A stretch of DNA of 64,000 nt, taken from assembly GCA_963740315.1 (NCBI GenBank), contig CAVUDP010000004.1, forward strand, positions 512,001 to 576,000, written 5' to 3'. Origin of the DNA: an uncultured cyanobacterium. Its GTDB lineage: Bacteria; Cyanobacteriota; Cyanobacteriia; Cyanobacteriales; Nostocaceae. Below are positions 41,987 to 52,812 of this stretch, piece after piece; position 1 is the stretch's first letter; each line of letters starts with the position of its first letter. Under the pieces are notes generated by a model, which ran no database searches, was not told where the DNA came from, and saw only the letters and a list, made by a program, of their open reading frames with translations. The translations under genes were made by a program, and so were the position numbers.

Positions 41987-42958
41987 GTGAAGATATTTAC
42001 GAATAGATCAATAGGGAAAACTACAGTGGCAAGTTCTTTGAATCTGTCCTTTTTTCGTCGCAAACTGCTATTAAACCTTTTAATAATTACTACAATATCT
42101 TACTCTTCATTCTCACTATATTTGTATTTACAGCAGCGTTATTTGATATTTCGTCCCAAACTCGAATTGCAAATGCTTCCCACTGCTCCAGATTTTAATT
42201 TACCTTACGAAGAAGTACGAATTTCTATTACTAACAGTAAAAATGAATATTTAAATGGTTGGTGGTTTGATGCACCCACCGAAGAAAACATAAATTTAAT
42301 TCCTAACGAACCCGTAAAAATACTTTCATCTCCCAAGACAATCCTCTATTTTTGCGGCGCTGGTGGCAACAAAAGCTACTACAATTATTTAGCAAGAATT
42401 AAAGCAATGCGACAACTGGGATTTTCAGTTTTAGTTGTTGACTATCGAGGATTTGGTGAAAGCAAAGGTAAACAACATCCTAATGAATCGCGGCTTTATC
42501 AAGATTCTCAGACTGCATGGAATTATCTTGTCAAAAAAAGACGCATCCGAGCAAAAGATATTATTGTTTATGGAGAATCTTTAGGGGGAGCAGTTGCGAT
42601 CGATTTAGCCGTTAAACATCCTCAAGCGGGTGGTTTAATCGTGCAAAGTTCGTTTACTTCGATGGCTGAAACAGTCAAACAGCAAGATTGGTTAAAAATA
42701 TTTTTGATCGATCTATTGCTAACACAAAGATTCAATTCAATTGAGAAAGTTAAAAAATTGCAAGTTCCGGTTTTATTTATTCACGGAACCGCCGATAATA
42801 TTGTACCTTCATACATGAGTCATCGGTTATATGATTCTGCACCCCAACCAAAGCAACTATTTACAGTTCCCCAAGCAGGACATTTTCGGATTTACAAACC
42901 CGGTAATAACTCATATTTGCGAGCGATTGAGAAATTTATTAAAAGTGTAAATTTTTAA
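41987..42958 (+). CDS. Alpha/beta hydrolase (ABHD13/Bem46-like) with an N-terminal TM segment
   Basis: VDYRGFGES, YGESLGGAVA, IHGTAD, AGH. Confidence 0.9.
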   Translation: MKIFTNRSIGKTTVASSLNLSFFRRKLLLNLLIITTISYSSFSLYLYLQQRYLIFRPKLELQMLPTAPDFNLPYEEVRISITNSKNEYLNGWWFDAPTEENINLIPNEPVKILSSPKTILYFCGAGGNKSYYNYLARIKAMRQLGFSVLVVDYRGFGESKGKQHPNESRLYQDSQTAWNYLVKKRRIRAKDIIVYGESLGGAVAIDLAVKHPQAGGLIVQSSFTSMAETVKQQDWLKIFLIDLLLTQRFNSIEKVKKLQVPVLFIHGTADNIVPSYMSHRLYDSAPQPKQLFTVPQAGHFRIYKPGNNSYLRAIEKFIKSVNF

Positions 42959-42960
42959 TT

Positions 42961-43088
42961 GTAGGGTGTGTTATGGCGCGACAGATAATTTGGCTTATGA
43001 CAAAATATATATTCGCGCCTAACGCACCGTTTTAATATTTTATGTTGAATTGCTGGTGCGGTCTTTCTAAAGCCTTAACACACCCTAC
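42961..43088. repeat. Inverted pair of GTAG REP-like elements (REPIN-like)
   Basis: Begins GTAGGGTGTGTTA and ends TAACACACCCTAC. Confidence 0.8.
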
Positions 43089-43193
43089 AAGTTAATTACA
43101 AATTTAATTTTATTTTCGTATCTAATCTAACCTACTAACTAGAAACCCGGTATCTCAAAGATACCGGCTTTCTTCATTTTCAGCTTTTTATTA

Positions 43194-44786
43194 CTAAGCA
43201 CTCACTTCCTGCTTCCGCTTACTCAGTACCGCTGCATACAAGCGATTAAGTGCATTTACATAAGCTTGCGCGGATGCAACGATAATATCTGTATTCGCCG
43301 ATCGCCCTGAATAAATCTTATCCTCGTACTTCAATCGGATAGTAACTTCACCGATCGCATCAATACCGGCAGTTACCGATTGTACGGAAAACTCAATCAA
43401 GTTATTCGGTACATTTACCACGCGGTTGATTGCTTTGTATACAGCATCTACAGGTCCGGTACCAATCGCCGCATCGGTTAACTCTTCTCCTTGGGGGTTG
43501 CGTAAAGTCACGGTTGCGGTGGGACTTGCATTACTACCGCAGGAAACCTGCACCAATTCCAATTTGAACAAATCGGGTGTTTGTTGAATTTCATCGTTGG
43601 CAAGTGCTTCTAAATCCCAATCGGTAATTTCTTTCTTTTTGTCGGCGACTTCTTTAAATCGAACAAATGCTTTGTTTAAGTCCGAATCTGACATTTCAAA
43701 ACCCAATTCTTTCAAACGGGTACGAAAAGCATTTCTTCCCGAATGCTTACCCAAAACGATTTGATTTTCTGTCAAACCAACTGATTGGGCATCCATGATT
43801 TCATAAGTTAGCTTGTTTTTCAACACGCCATCTTGATGAATTCCGGATTCGTGAGCAAAAGCGTTTGTTCCAACAATTGCTTTGTTTGGCTGCACCAACA
43901 TTCCGGTTAAATTGGAAACCAAACGAGAGGTTTTATATATCTGTTTGGTGTCAATATTTGTTAACGCTGCTTCCGAATCAACATCTCGTCCTAAGAAAGG
44001 ATTAAAATATTGTCGTCGCACGTGGAGAGCCATTACTAACTCTTCTAAAGCTGCATTTCCGGCACGTTCTCCTATACCGTTGATGGTACATTCTAATTGT
44101 CTGGCACCATTTTTTACTGCTTCTAAAAAGTTAGCAACTGCTAAACCTAAATCGTTATGTCCGTGAACCGAGATAATTGCTTTATCTATATTGGGAACGT
44201 TTTCTGTAATTCCTTTAATTAAAGCTCCAAATTCGCTGGGAGTTGTATAACCAACCGTATCGGGAATATTAACTGTTGTTGCTCCGGCTGCGATCGCTCT
44301 TTCCAATACTTGGTAAAGATATTCTGGATCGGAACGTACTGCATCCATTGGCGAAAACTCTACATCTTCCATAAAAGATTTAGAGTAAGCAACCATTTCT
44401 TCAGCAATTGACAGCACTTCTTCTCTAGTTTTCTTTAACTGATATTTTAAGTGAATATCAGAAGTTGAAATAAAAGTATGAATTCTTCCTTTAGCTGCTG
44501 GCTTTATCGCTTCGGCTGCGGCTTTAATATCGTTTTTAATTGCTCTTGCCAAACTACAGATTACCGGACCATCTTCTGTACCTACTGTTTGAGCAATTTT
44601 ATTAACAGCTTCAAAATCTCCAGGACTTGCAAAAGCAAAACCCGCTTCGATGATGTCTACCCCCAAACGCTTTAACTGCTTGGCGATCGCTAGTTTTTCA
44701 TCGATATTTAAAGTTGCCCCCGGACATTGCTCTCCGTCGCGGAGTGTAGTATCAAAAATAATAATTCGTTCTGGATTTGTTTTCAT
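43194..44786 (-). CDS. leuA: 2-isopropylmalate synthase
   Basis: [39 protein letters not shown]-terminal GTGPVDA regulatory domain. Confidence 0.97.
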   Translation of the reverse strand: MKTNPERIIIFDTTLRDGEQCPGATLNIDEKLAIAKQLKRLGVDIIEAGFAFASPGDFEAVNKIAQTVGTEDGPVICSLARAIKNDIKAAAEAIKPAAKGRIHTFISTSDIHLKYQLKKTREEVLSIAEEMVAYSKSFMEDVEFSPMDAVRSDPEYLYQVLERAIAAGATTVNIPDTVGYTTPSEFGALIKGITENVPNIDKAIISVHGHNDLGLAVANFLEAVKNGARQLECTINGIGERAGNAALEELVMALHVRRQYFNPFLGRDVDSEAALTNIDTKQIYKTSRLVSNLTGMLVQPNKAIVGTNAFAHESGIHQDGVLKNKLTYEIMDAQSVGLTENQIVLGKHSGRNAFRTRLKELGFEMSDSDLNKAFVRFKEVADKKKEITDWDLEALANDEIQQTPDLFKLELVQVSCGSNASPTATVTLRNPQGEELTDAAIGTGPVDAVYKAINRVVNVPNNLIEFSVQSVTAGIDAIGEVTIRLKYEDKIYSGRSANTDIIVASAQAYVNALNRLYAAVLSKRKQEVSA

Positions 44787-44880
44787 AACCCTGTTTTTGT
44801 AGATTTTTTCCTTGTGCCTAACAATACTTTCTAATTTAATTTTTTTTAGTAATTAATTTTCTAAATAATTGTAAAGATTA

Positions 44881-45402
44881 TTAAGCTTCAGTTTTTTCTA
44901 TACTGTTTCTTATTTCATTTAAATCTATATATCTATCGGTAGCATTACGTAATTCCCGTGCTATCATTCCTTCTGTAGATACGACAGTTATATGAGTGTT
45001 TTTCGAGCGTAATAGTTCAATTGCTCTTTCAAAATCTCCGTCTCCACTAAATAAAATTACCCGGTCATATTGGTCTACTGTATTAAACATATCTACAACA
45101 ATTTCAATATCTAAATTAGCTTTTTGAGAGTAACGTCCGGAGGAATCATCATAATATTCTTTAAGTATTTTAGTTCGTACTGTATATCCTAAACTAATTA
45201 GAGCATCTCTAAAACCTCGTTGATCCTGTGGGTCTTTTAAGCCTGTATACCAAAATGCGTTGATTAAATTTGTATGTATTTGCTCGTATTTGAAGTATTC
45301 TAATACTCGTCGTGGGTCGAAAAACCAGCCATTCTTTTGTTGAGCATAGAACATATTATTTCCGTCTACAAAAATAGACAGACGAGTCATATGAGTTTCC
45401 AT
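44881..45402 (-). CDS. labA: LabA-family NYN domain protein (circadian output regulator)
   Basis: FVDGNNMFYAQQKNGWFFDPRRVL, ANLDIEIVVDM, LFSGDGDFERAIELLR, ARELRNATDRYIDL. Confidence 0.85.
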   Translation of the reverse strand: METHMTRLSIFVDGNNMFYAQQKNGWFFDPRRVLEYFKYEQIHTNLINAFWYTGLKDPQDQRGFRDALISLGYTVRTKILKEYYDDSSGRYSQKANLDIEIVVDMFNTVDQYDRVILFSGDGDFERAIELLRSKNTHITVVSTEGMIARELRNATDRYIDLNEIRNSIEKTEA

Positions 45403-46428
45403 AGGAAATTACACCATTAAATATAAATGAATCTAGATTGAACAATAGATTATAGCAATAATAAAATGACAAATTCGCTAATATATAAATTATATTGTCA
45501 TGTATAGCTTTTATCTACCATCCCCGAATTAAGGAGATTGACTAAAACAATAAACTGTGGTTAAAACAAATTGAGAGTGTTTTTCACCTTCAATTTGCCT
45601 ATAGGCACCCTGAAATCAAAATCTACCAATAAAATTGACTAAGTAGCAGAATTTTTAACTGTATATTAGTTAAGTTTACTCCTAAATAGGTAAGTAATTA
45701 TCAAGCCTTAGTATGCAGAGCAGTATCGCACCCTCTGAGTGAATAATCATGGTTTTTATGATTTTGAATAACATATGCTGGCTGTTGCGATTGGGGAAAA
45801 GTAAAGAAGCCTTCGAGGCGCTTAATAGCTTCGGAGTATCTAAAAAGCAATGATTATTAAAAAATTGTAACGATAACCTACAGATAATAGAGTACCCAGT
45901 CTCAGACAAGAAATCATCTGCAATTAATCGGGCATGTGTTTAATCGAATCACCCACCCAGAAGGCAAGACTCGATATTGTATAGAATAGCCATTGCAACG
46001 CTTCATAGAACTGAATAAAATATTGTTGCCTACTAATCGCTTGCTTGTAAAAATAATTTAATAATTTACGATCTTATTACCTAATTTACTTTTGCCCTGG
46101 GGAAAGTGACAAGGCTACAGGTAACGGGAATATAAAATATACATACTTTTACGTACAACCATATAGATGGCGAGATAATTACCTTTTATGTTTTATATAA
46201 AGCTAATTTGAGGAAATCCCCTTCTCCAAGTACTCTTCATGGTATTGATTCTGGAATATCTCATCATCTTACTATCGCCATAAAAAGAAACATCAGATGA
46301 TAGTTAATAAAAGTATAATATCTTCATGTGTATAGCTTTTTGTTTAAGTATTATCGATAGGGTAGCTTACACTAAGTAATGTGTAAACCGAACGGCATTG
46401 TTCTACGTAAATTAACCAATAATACAAT

Positions 46429-48762
46429 ATGGCAGAAGAACCTACATATAACACAACTAAAAAATATGTGTCTGCTGCCAAGAAACTGCTGAGGTTTCCC
46501 AAACAAGCCACTTCTACGGTAACGGCACGTCAATTTAAGATGATGGCACGTTTAGGTCATATTCTTAGTGGTGCTTCGGTTGTGGGGGCTGTATTTCTAG
46601 CGGCTTCTGGTGCTGGTTTAAATTATTGGCTAGAATTCCAAGCAGAAAGCTTTTTTTATCTGCTGCGAGGAAAGGTAAATCCGCCAAAAGATGTTGTCAT
46701 CTTGGCAATAGATGATGATTCATTATTGTTTCCCAAGCAATCTTATCAAATAGATCCGATTGAGTACGGTTATTTAGAACCCCTGAAGTCATTTCCCTTT
46801 CAACGCAAAGTATACGGGGAAGCCATCAACAAATTAATTCAAGCTGGGGCGCGTCATGTTGCAGTGGATATACTTTTTGATTCCCCAAGCAGTTACGGGA
46901 AAGCCGATGATAAACAGCTGATTGACGTGCTAGAGAGACATGGAAAGAAAGTAACTCTAGCCGCACTCTATGAAAAATCTCAGTCACATCAAGGATTTTC
47001 CTGGCAATTAGTTTTACCGCATCAGCAACTTCGCACGGGTTCAGTATCCATAGGTTCGACAAACTTCCCTATAGAGATAGATGCTAAAATCCATAGATTA
47101 GCAAGCGTATTCCCCAGACTTTTAACCGAAAATGAAGGTATAGTTCCCAGCATCATGCCCTCATTTGACCAATCAGCACTAATAGCTGCCAATATAAAAT
47201 ATCCCCAACCAAAAGGCGATCGCATTTATTTTTATGGAGGGGAACAGACATTTAAGACTTATTCTTTTTGGAATTTATTTGAGCCGGACTTCTGGGATAC
47301 TAATTTACAGGGAGGAAAGGTTTTCAAAGATAAAATTGTTTTAATTGGCTTCACTGCTAGAACGAACAAAGGAGACGATTTCCATCGCGTTGCTGTATCT
47401 TCTAATGGGCTATATCCCGAAACAATGTCTGGAGTCGAAGTTCATGCCAACGCGATCGCAACCTTAATGCAAGGAAAAGCGATTGCTTCTCCAATTTCTA
47501 ATCCATTACAGCGAGGTTTATTCGTACTGGTTTTAGTTGGTGGATTGGCGGTAATAATAGCCAGAATACGACAAGGTACAACCAGATTTGCAGCAAGTCT
47601 CGTGCTTACGATTGTGTGGGGAGGAATTAGTTACAGTTTATTTGTCTACAGTCAGTTAATTGTTCCTACTGCCGTACCAATAATGGCAATTTCTACCATT
47701 GGACTTTGCTATTTCGGAACCGAAGTAGCCAGGGAAAAGTTAAGAAAAACTCAACTAGTCGATATTCTACAAAAGCACGCTTCCAACCGCGTAGTACAAG
47801 AGATAATATCTGGGCAAGATGATTTAAAAGATTTATTAGGACAGCGTTTAAAAGAAATATCGGGAAAAGTTTTAGATGGTAGATATAAAATAGTTAATGT
47901 ATTAGGTTCGGGTGGATTTAGTGAAACTTATATAGCAGAAGATACCAGACTTCCAGGCAACCCTCTATGCGTAGTCAAGCAGCTGAAGCCGGTTAACAAT
48001 AGATCGGAACAATTGCAAGTAGCCAGACGCTTGTTTAAATCAGAAGCACAAACCTTGCAAGCATTAGGAAATCACAATCAAATACCCCAGTTACTGGCTT
48101 ACTTTGAAGAAGAAGAAGAATTTTATTTAGTTCAAGAATACATCCGAGGTAGACCTTTAAATAAAGAAATACTTTTAGATAAACGCCTTCCAGAACCATT
48201 AGTTATTGAGATACTTAAAGATTTACTGCAAACATTAGTGTTTGTACATGACAAAGGTGTAATTCACCGCGATATTAAACCCAACAACATTATCCGACGC
48301 AAATCAGACGGCAAGCTGGTTTTGATTGACTTTGGTGCTGTAAAACAAGTTTCTACTCAAGTAATTAATTCTCAAGAACAAACAGCCTTCACAATTGGTA
48401 TTGGTACCAAAGGTTATGCCCCACGAGAACAATGTCTGGGGTATCCGCAATACAGTAGCGATATTTATGCAGTGGGAATGATCGGTATCTCTAGTTTAAC
48501 TGGTACACCACCTCACGAATTACCAATAGATGAAAACCAGGAGTTGGAATGGATTGACAAAGCAACTACAAGTATTGCCTTTGCTAAAATCCTCAGCAAA
48601 ATGGTCTTTGATAACTACCAGCAGAGATATCAGTCAGCCACAGAAGCACTCCAAGCACTTCAAGAGTTAACCGATCCTGTTTCTTACGATTTCGCAGACA
48701 ACTTATCAATAAATACTATATCTATAAACGAATCAAACGCTCCTACCGAACCTTGGAATTGA
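46429..48762 (+). CDS. CHASE2-domain membrane Ser/Thr protein kinase
   Basis: TM helix; CHASE2 (VILAIDDDS, AVDILF, FKDKIVLIG, MSGVEVHANAIATL); three TM helices; kinase LGSGGFSETY, HRDIKPNN, LIDFG, YAPRE. Confidence 0.93.
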   Translation: MAEEPTYNTTKKYVSAAKKLLRFPKQATSTVTARQFKMMARLGHILSGASVVGAVFLAASGAGLNYWLEFQAESFFYLLRGKVNPPKDVVILAIDDDSLLFPKQSYQIDPIEYGYLEPLKSFPFQRKVYGEAINKLIQAGARHVAVDILFDSPSSYGKADDKQLIDVLERHGKKVTLAALYEKSQSHQGFSWQLVLPHQQLRTGSVSIGSTNFPIEIDAKIHRLASVFPRLLTENEGIVPSIMPSFDQSALIAANIKYPQPKGDRIYFYGGEQTFKTYSFWNLFEPDFWDTNLQGGKVFKDKIVLIGFTARTNKGDDFHRVAVSSNGLYPETMSGVEVHANAIATLMQGKAIASPISNPLQRGLFVLVLVGGLAVIIARIRQGTTRFAASLVLTIVWGGISYSLFVYSQLIVPTAVPIMAISTIGLCYFGTEVAREKLRKTQLVDILQKHASNRVVQEIISGQDDLKDLLGQRLKEISGKVLDGRYKIVNVLGSGGFSETYIAEDTRLPGNPLCVVKQLKPVNNRSEQLQVARRLFKSEAQTLQALGNHNQIPQLLAYFEEEEEFYLVQEYIRGRPLNKEILLDKRLPEPLVIEILKDLLQTLVFVHDKGVIHRDIKPNNIIRRKSDGKLVLIDFGAVKQVSTQVINSQEQTAFTIGIGTKGYAPREQCLGYPQYSSDIYAVGMIGISSLTGTPPHELPIDENQELEWIDKATTSIAFAKILSKMVFDNYQQRYQSATEALQALQELTDPVSYDFADNLSINTISINESNAPTEPWN

Positions 48763-48862
48763 AATTGTAGAGAGTTCCGCAGTGCTATGTCTCCCGACAT
48801 TTACAAAAAAAACTAACCCATTAAACATTATGCAATCAACCACTAGTAGTCGATTGCATTAA

Positions 48863-49054
48863 TTTTGATAGGTAACAAAGGTTCGTAGTAAGAGTTTTAA
48901 CTCTCCGGCTCTGAGGATTCGTTACCTCGCATTGAAGGGAATCGATGCCGACACGTAGAACTTTTATTAGTTTTGATAGGTTATACGTGCCCACTTAAAA
49001 TCAAAAATCCGGAGCGCTTTAGCGCTTACTACGAACCTTTTTTACCTGTCAAAA
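48863..49054. mobile_element. About 190-bp MITE/REPIN-like element with 30-bp terminal inverted repeats
   Basis: TTTTGATAGGTAACAAAGGTTCGTAGTAAG versus the reverse complement of the right end, TTTTGACAGGTAAAAAAGGTTCGTAGTAAG (28/30). Confidence 0.75.
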
Positions 49055-49070
49055 AAAATGACATAGACCA

Positions 49071-50681
49071 CTAGGTAGATATCGGTGGAGGTTCTGTTGT
49101 CGGGTTTTCTATCGGTGGAGTTTCTATCGGTGGAGTTTCTATCGGTGGAGTTTCTATCGGTGGAGTTTCTATCGGTGGAGTTTCTATCGGTGGAGTTTCT
49201 ATCGGTGGAGTTTCTATTGGTGGAGTTTCTATCGGTGGAGTTTCTATTGGTGGAGTTTCTATTGGTGGAGTTTCTATCGGTGGAGTTTCTATTGGTGGAG
49301 TTTCTATCGGTGGAGTTTCTATTGGTGGAGTTTCTATTGGTGGAGTTTCTATCGGTGGAGTTTCTATTGGTGGAGTTTCTATCGGTGGAGTTTCCGTTGT
49401 CGGTTTTGTCGGAGTACCGTTATCTGTTGGCGGTGTTGTTGGTGTTGTCGGTTTTGTCGGAGTACCGTTATCTGTTGGCGGTGTTGTTGGTGTTGTCGGT
49501 TTTGTCGGAGTACCGTTATCTGTTGGCGGTGTTGTTGGTGTTGTTGGTTTTGTCGGAGTACCGTTATCTGTTGGCGGTGTTGTTGGTGTTGTCGGTTTTG
49601 TCGGAGTACCCCCACCAGTTGGCGGTGTTGTTGGTGTTGTCGGTTTTGTCGGAGTACCGTTATCTGTTGGCGGTGTTGTTGGTGTTGTCGGTTTTGTCGG
49701 AGTACCGCTACCAGTTGGTGGCGTTATCGGTGTTGCCGGTATTGCTGGTGTTGTCGGTTTACCAGTATCAGTTGGTGTTGGTGTTGCTGGTATTATTGGT
49801 GTTATCGGTAAGGATGGATTATCTTCGTTTTCTTCTGAATTGTCTATAATAACTGGTCCGTCTTCTACAAAAGGATTTGCAGGTAAAGGATTTGGAACAA
49901 CTTCTTCACCTGGTGTCTCCGAGGAAACAGGACTTAATTCTATAAAAGATGGATTTTCAACTACATCCTCGCCTTTGATAGGCACTTGTTTTGAGACAGC
50001 TTCGGAGGTTTCTGCTTGAACGCTAGCCATTGCAGGATCTGAAGCGGTATCGCTAGTGCTACTTAGATCGAGTCCCCGTACCAAATCGCTCGTCTCGTAA
50101 AAACTTCTCAGATCAAAATCGTATAATCCCTGAATTTTTCCTTTAACTACTACTATTAACTGTCCCGCTTTTAGTACTTGAGAACGAGATTCATCTTTAT
50201 TAAAAACTTCTATACCGCTATCAGTCAGCGAACCTACAACCGTGGTATCTGTTTGTTCGTCATAGCGTACAAATAATGCCGAACCACGAATTGTTGCACC
50301 AGCACTACGAGTTCTTATTTTTGTTTGTCCCTGCCCTGGTGGTATCAGCAGTAATACGGTTCCGTTTAACAATCTAAATGTTCTAGTTCTGGGCGCAAAT
50401 CTAAATACTGCTCGCTCGCCAATCCGTGCTAAGGAACCGTCATTAAACCGCAAGTCAGCTAAAGAAGATTTACCCGTAGCCAATCCGTCTCCAGGAATCA
50501 TCGTATCCCTCGTTCGTGCCCGACGCTTTGGTCGATTTTGGGGCAGGAGTTGTACCCAGTTATGCAGTTTCTTAACTACAGCCCGAGTCAAAGGAGTTGA
50601 TGCATTTGCCTGTTGGGGTAACGGCAATATTACAACTCCCCATAAACTAACAATCACCAAAGGAACTAACTTGCGGAACAT
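49071..50681 (-). CDS. Secreted FecR-domain protein with a long Pro/Thr-rich repetitive C-terminus
   Basis: Signal peptide (..QANA-S); FecR-like GDGLATGKSSLADLRFNDGSLARIGE..LLNGTVLL..IRGS; repeat tail. Confidence 0.85.
   Translation of the reverse strand: MFRKLVPLVIVSLWGVVILPLPQQANASTPLTRAVVKKLHNWVQLLPQNRPKRRARTRDTMIPGDGLATGKSSLADLRFNDGSLARIGERAVFRFAPRTRTFRLLNGTVLLLIPPGQGQTKIRTRSAGATIRGSALFVRYDEQTDTTVVGSLTDSGIEVFNKDESRSQVLKAGQLIVVVKGKIQGLYDFDLRSFYETSDLVRGLDLSSTSDTASDPAMASVQAETSEAVSKQVPIKGEDVVENPSFIELSPVSSETPGEEVVPNPLPANPFVEDGPVIIDNSEENEDNPSLPITPIIPATPTPTDTGKPTTPAIPATPITPPTGSGTPTKPTTPTTPPTDNGTPTKPTTPTTPPTGGGTPTKPTTPTTPPTDNGTPTKPTTPTTPPTDNGTPTKPTTPTTPPTDNGTPTKPTTPTTPPTDNGTPTKPTTETPPIETPPIETPPIETPPIETPPIETPPIETPPIETPPIETPPIETPPIETPPIETPPIETPPIETPPIETPPIETPPIETPPIETPPIETPPIENPTTEPPPIST
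49111..49720 (-). repeat. Coding tandem repeats: 19 x 15 bp (ETPPI) and about 6.5 x 48 bp (GTPTKPTTPTTPPTDN)
   Basis: Counted from the sequence: 15-mers at 49111-49395; 48-mers from 49396. Confidence 0.95.
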
Positions 50682-51029
50682 AAAAGCTATATACCTTACA
50701 TAATTTTACGATTACCACACCAGCCAACACGAAGATTCAAATCAAAAGTTCGAGCTTGTAAAACGTTTAAGCAATTTTTTGTAAGTAAATTTGCTTAAAT
50801 CAATTTAAAAATTAAATATCTAAAGTAGACAAATCTACTATATATTAGTAACTTTACAGTCATTAAGCAAAGCCAAAGATAATCTTATCTTTTATATTGA
50901 ATGCTATTGTTTTTTCTTATAGCATTATCTAAATCAACTTATAGATACTAGATTCGCGCAGAATTCTAGATTTTAGATAGGGAATTTATTACCCTCGTAT
51001 TTAAGTCTAATGAAGATAAAACAAGTTTT

Positions 51030-52625
51030 ATGAAACCAAAAAATTGGAAAAATTTGTGGTTATATATAACGTTTGTCTCTAGCTGCACAATATGGTGTTG
51101 CACTAGCACGAAAGTTGTAAAAGCTACCAATCAAAGCAACCTGAAAAAAAAGGGGGAGCCTGTATCAAAGATATCATCTTTAGCCGATTCACGCATTATA
51201 TCCGAATCATTTGATAAATCCTTTTCAAATCGCGATCGCGCCAAAATAAAACTACAAGATAAGAGAGAAACAACAGCAAATACCTCCGTAATTTCACCGC
51301 CAGAAATCATTCATCTGCAAGAATCAACGGAGAAAAAAACGAATATTGTAACTTTGCAAAATAAACTTAGTCGGAGCAAAATACTCCCTATAATTTCAAA
51401 ACCTACGCCGGATGCAATTATTTCTGAACAAAGCCAAAATACCTTTACTACAAATCAAGATTTAAATTTAGAATTTTCAGATATTTCAATTCCAAATAGA
51501 GAATTATCAGCACCAATACAGATAACGCAAAATCAGGAGCCATCACCACCGCCACCAACTCCCGAAAATATTGAAGAAAACCCCCCACCACCAGCACCAA
51601 CTCCCGAAAACATTGAAAAAAACCCCCCACCTTTAGAAAGTCAACCGACAGATTTTCCTGCTCCAACTCCATCAGAAATTGAGCAAAAGTTAGATACCTT
51701 TGAAGACGAACGTTCTCAAAGATTAGGAAAGTTATTAGAGCTACTTGAGGAGAATAAGAATAAACAAGAACAATCTTCTACTAACGGGGAATTAGGCTTA
51801 ATTATCGCGGTGGAAGTTCCGATGGAAGCACCCAAACCCCCAGAGCAAAAGCAACCACAACCAATAGAAAAACCTGTAGCTAATTTTAAACCTATAGGTT
51901 ATTTATTAGGTCGTGTCGGTTACTTTCATACAAGTAATATATTTTCTTCTAGAACTAACCCAATTGATGACGGTTTAATATTTACTGGACTGACACTTGC
52001 CGCAGCACCATTCAAAATTGCACCGAAAACCTACTTAAACGGATCGATTGATGGCAACATAATTCGATACAGCGATCAATCGGAATTTGACTACAACCAA
52101 ATCAGATTTAACTTAGGTATTTACCAGCAACTGACCAGTAAAATGTACGGTGAAATTGGATGGAATAATCAACAATTGTTTTATTCAAAAAGTAGCGATC
52201 GCTTTAATTTCTCATCAGGAGATAAATTTTTAAATGAAAACTCTTTCCGCCTATCTGTAGGACGAAGAGATCCTTTAGCACCAAAATTAAACTTAGATAG
52301 CTTCTACGAACTTCGTTTAAGTCTGACAAACCCACCCGAAAAACGCAACCGATTTATTAATTATGTTTGGTTCTCTTTAAACTATTCTTTAGAAGAATCA
52401 TTGCGCTTTGGTATTGACTATCAATTTAACTTAGCCAACTTTTTAGAACGAAGCAGAGAAGACCAGTATCATCGACTATCAGCTAACTTAAAATACGGTA
52501 TATCAGACCTTAGCAGCATTAGTTTACAAAGCGGCTTTACATTAGGTGGTTCCACAGACCGTAATATTGATTTTGATGGTTGGTTTTTAAGCGTTAATTA
52601 CAGTTGGGATTTAGGACAGTTTTGA
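51030..52625 (+). CDS. Putative outer-membrane beta-barrel protein with a long Pro-rich disordered N-terminus
   Basis: N-terminal hydrophobic leader. The C-terminal ~245 aa form alternating amphipathic strands rich in Y/F/G/N and end FLSVNYSWDLGQF (terminal Phe). Confidence 0.7.
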   Translation: MKPKNWKNLWLYITFVSSCTIWCCTSTKVVKATNQSNLKKKGEPVSKISSLADSRIISESFDKSFSNRDRAKIKLQDKRETTANTSVISPPEIIHLQESTEKKTNIVTLQNKLSRSKILPIISKPTPDAIISEQSQNTFTTNQDLNLEFSDISIPNRELSAPIQITQNQEPSPPPPTPENIEENPPPPAPTPENIEKNPPPLESQPTDFPAPTPSEIEQKLDTFEDERSQRLGKLLELLEENKNKQEQSSTNGELGLIIAVEVPMEAPKPPEQKQPQPIEKPVANFKPIGYLLGRVGYFHTSNIFSSRTNPIDDGLIFTGLTLAAAPFKIAPKTYLNGSIDGNIIRYSDQSEFDYNQIRFNLGIYQQLTSKMYGEIGWNNQQLFYSKSSDRFNFSSGDKFLNENSFRLSVGRRDPLAPKLNLDSFYELRLSLTNPPEKRNRFINYVWFSLNYSLEESLRFGIDYQFNLANFLERSREDQYHRLSANLKYGISDLSSISLQSGFTLGGSTDRNIDFDGWFLSVNYSWDLGQF

Positions 52626-52812
52626 GAACAGTGAACAGTGAACAGTGAACAGTGAACAGTGAACAGTGAACAGTGAACAGTGAACAGTTAGGAGTTAGAA
52701 GTGAGTAGCGAGATAGTTATTTTCCACTTTGTTCCTTTGTCCCCCCTCTCCCCATTACCAATTACCAATTACCAATTACCAATTACCAATTACCAATTAC
52801 CAATTACCAATT
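52626..52812. repeat. STRR-type (GAACAGT)n and (ATTACCA)n arrays between convergent genes
   Basis: Directly visible. Confidence 0.9.

Noticed and set aside
46360..46368. GGGTAGCTT upstream of the CHASE2 kinase as a J-box or SigF element
   Set aside because: Only the GGG, A and final T match; too weak to call.
45403..46428. 1-kb intergenic region as a hidden gene or ncRNA, including GTA-N9-TAC at 45867-45881
   Set aside because: The 75-aa ORF has no recognisable features, no convincing RNA structure was seen, and the palindrome spacing is wrong for NtcA.
49085..49849. 254-aa plus-strand ORF (VEFLS repeats) and the 49379..49615 ORF
   Set aside because: Antisense or alternate-frame shadows of the stop-free Pro/Thr repeat in the FecR gene.
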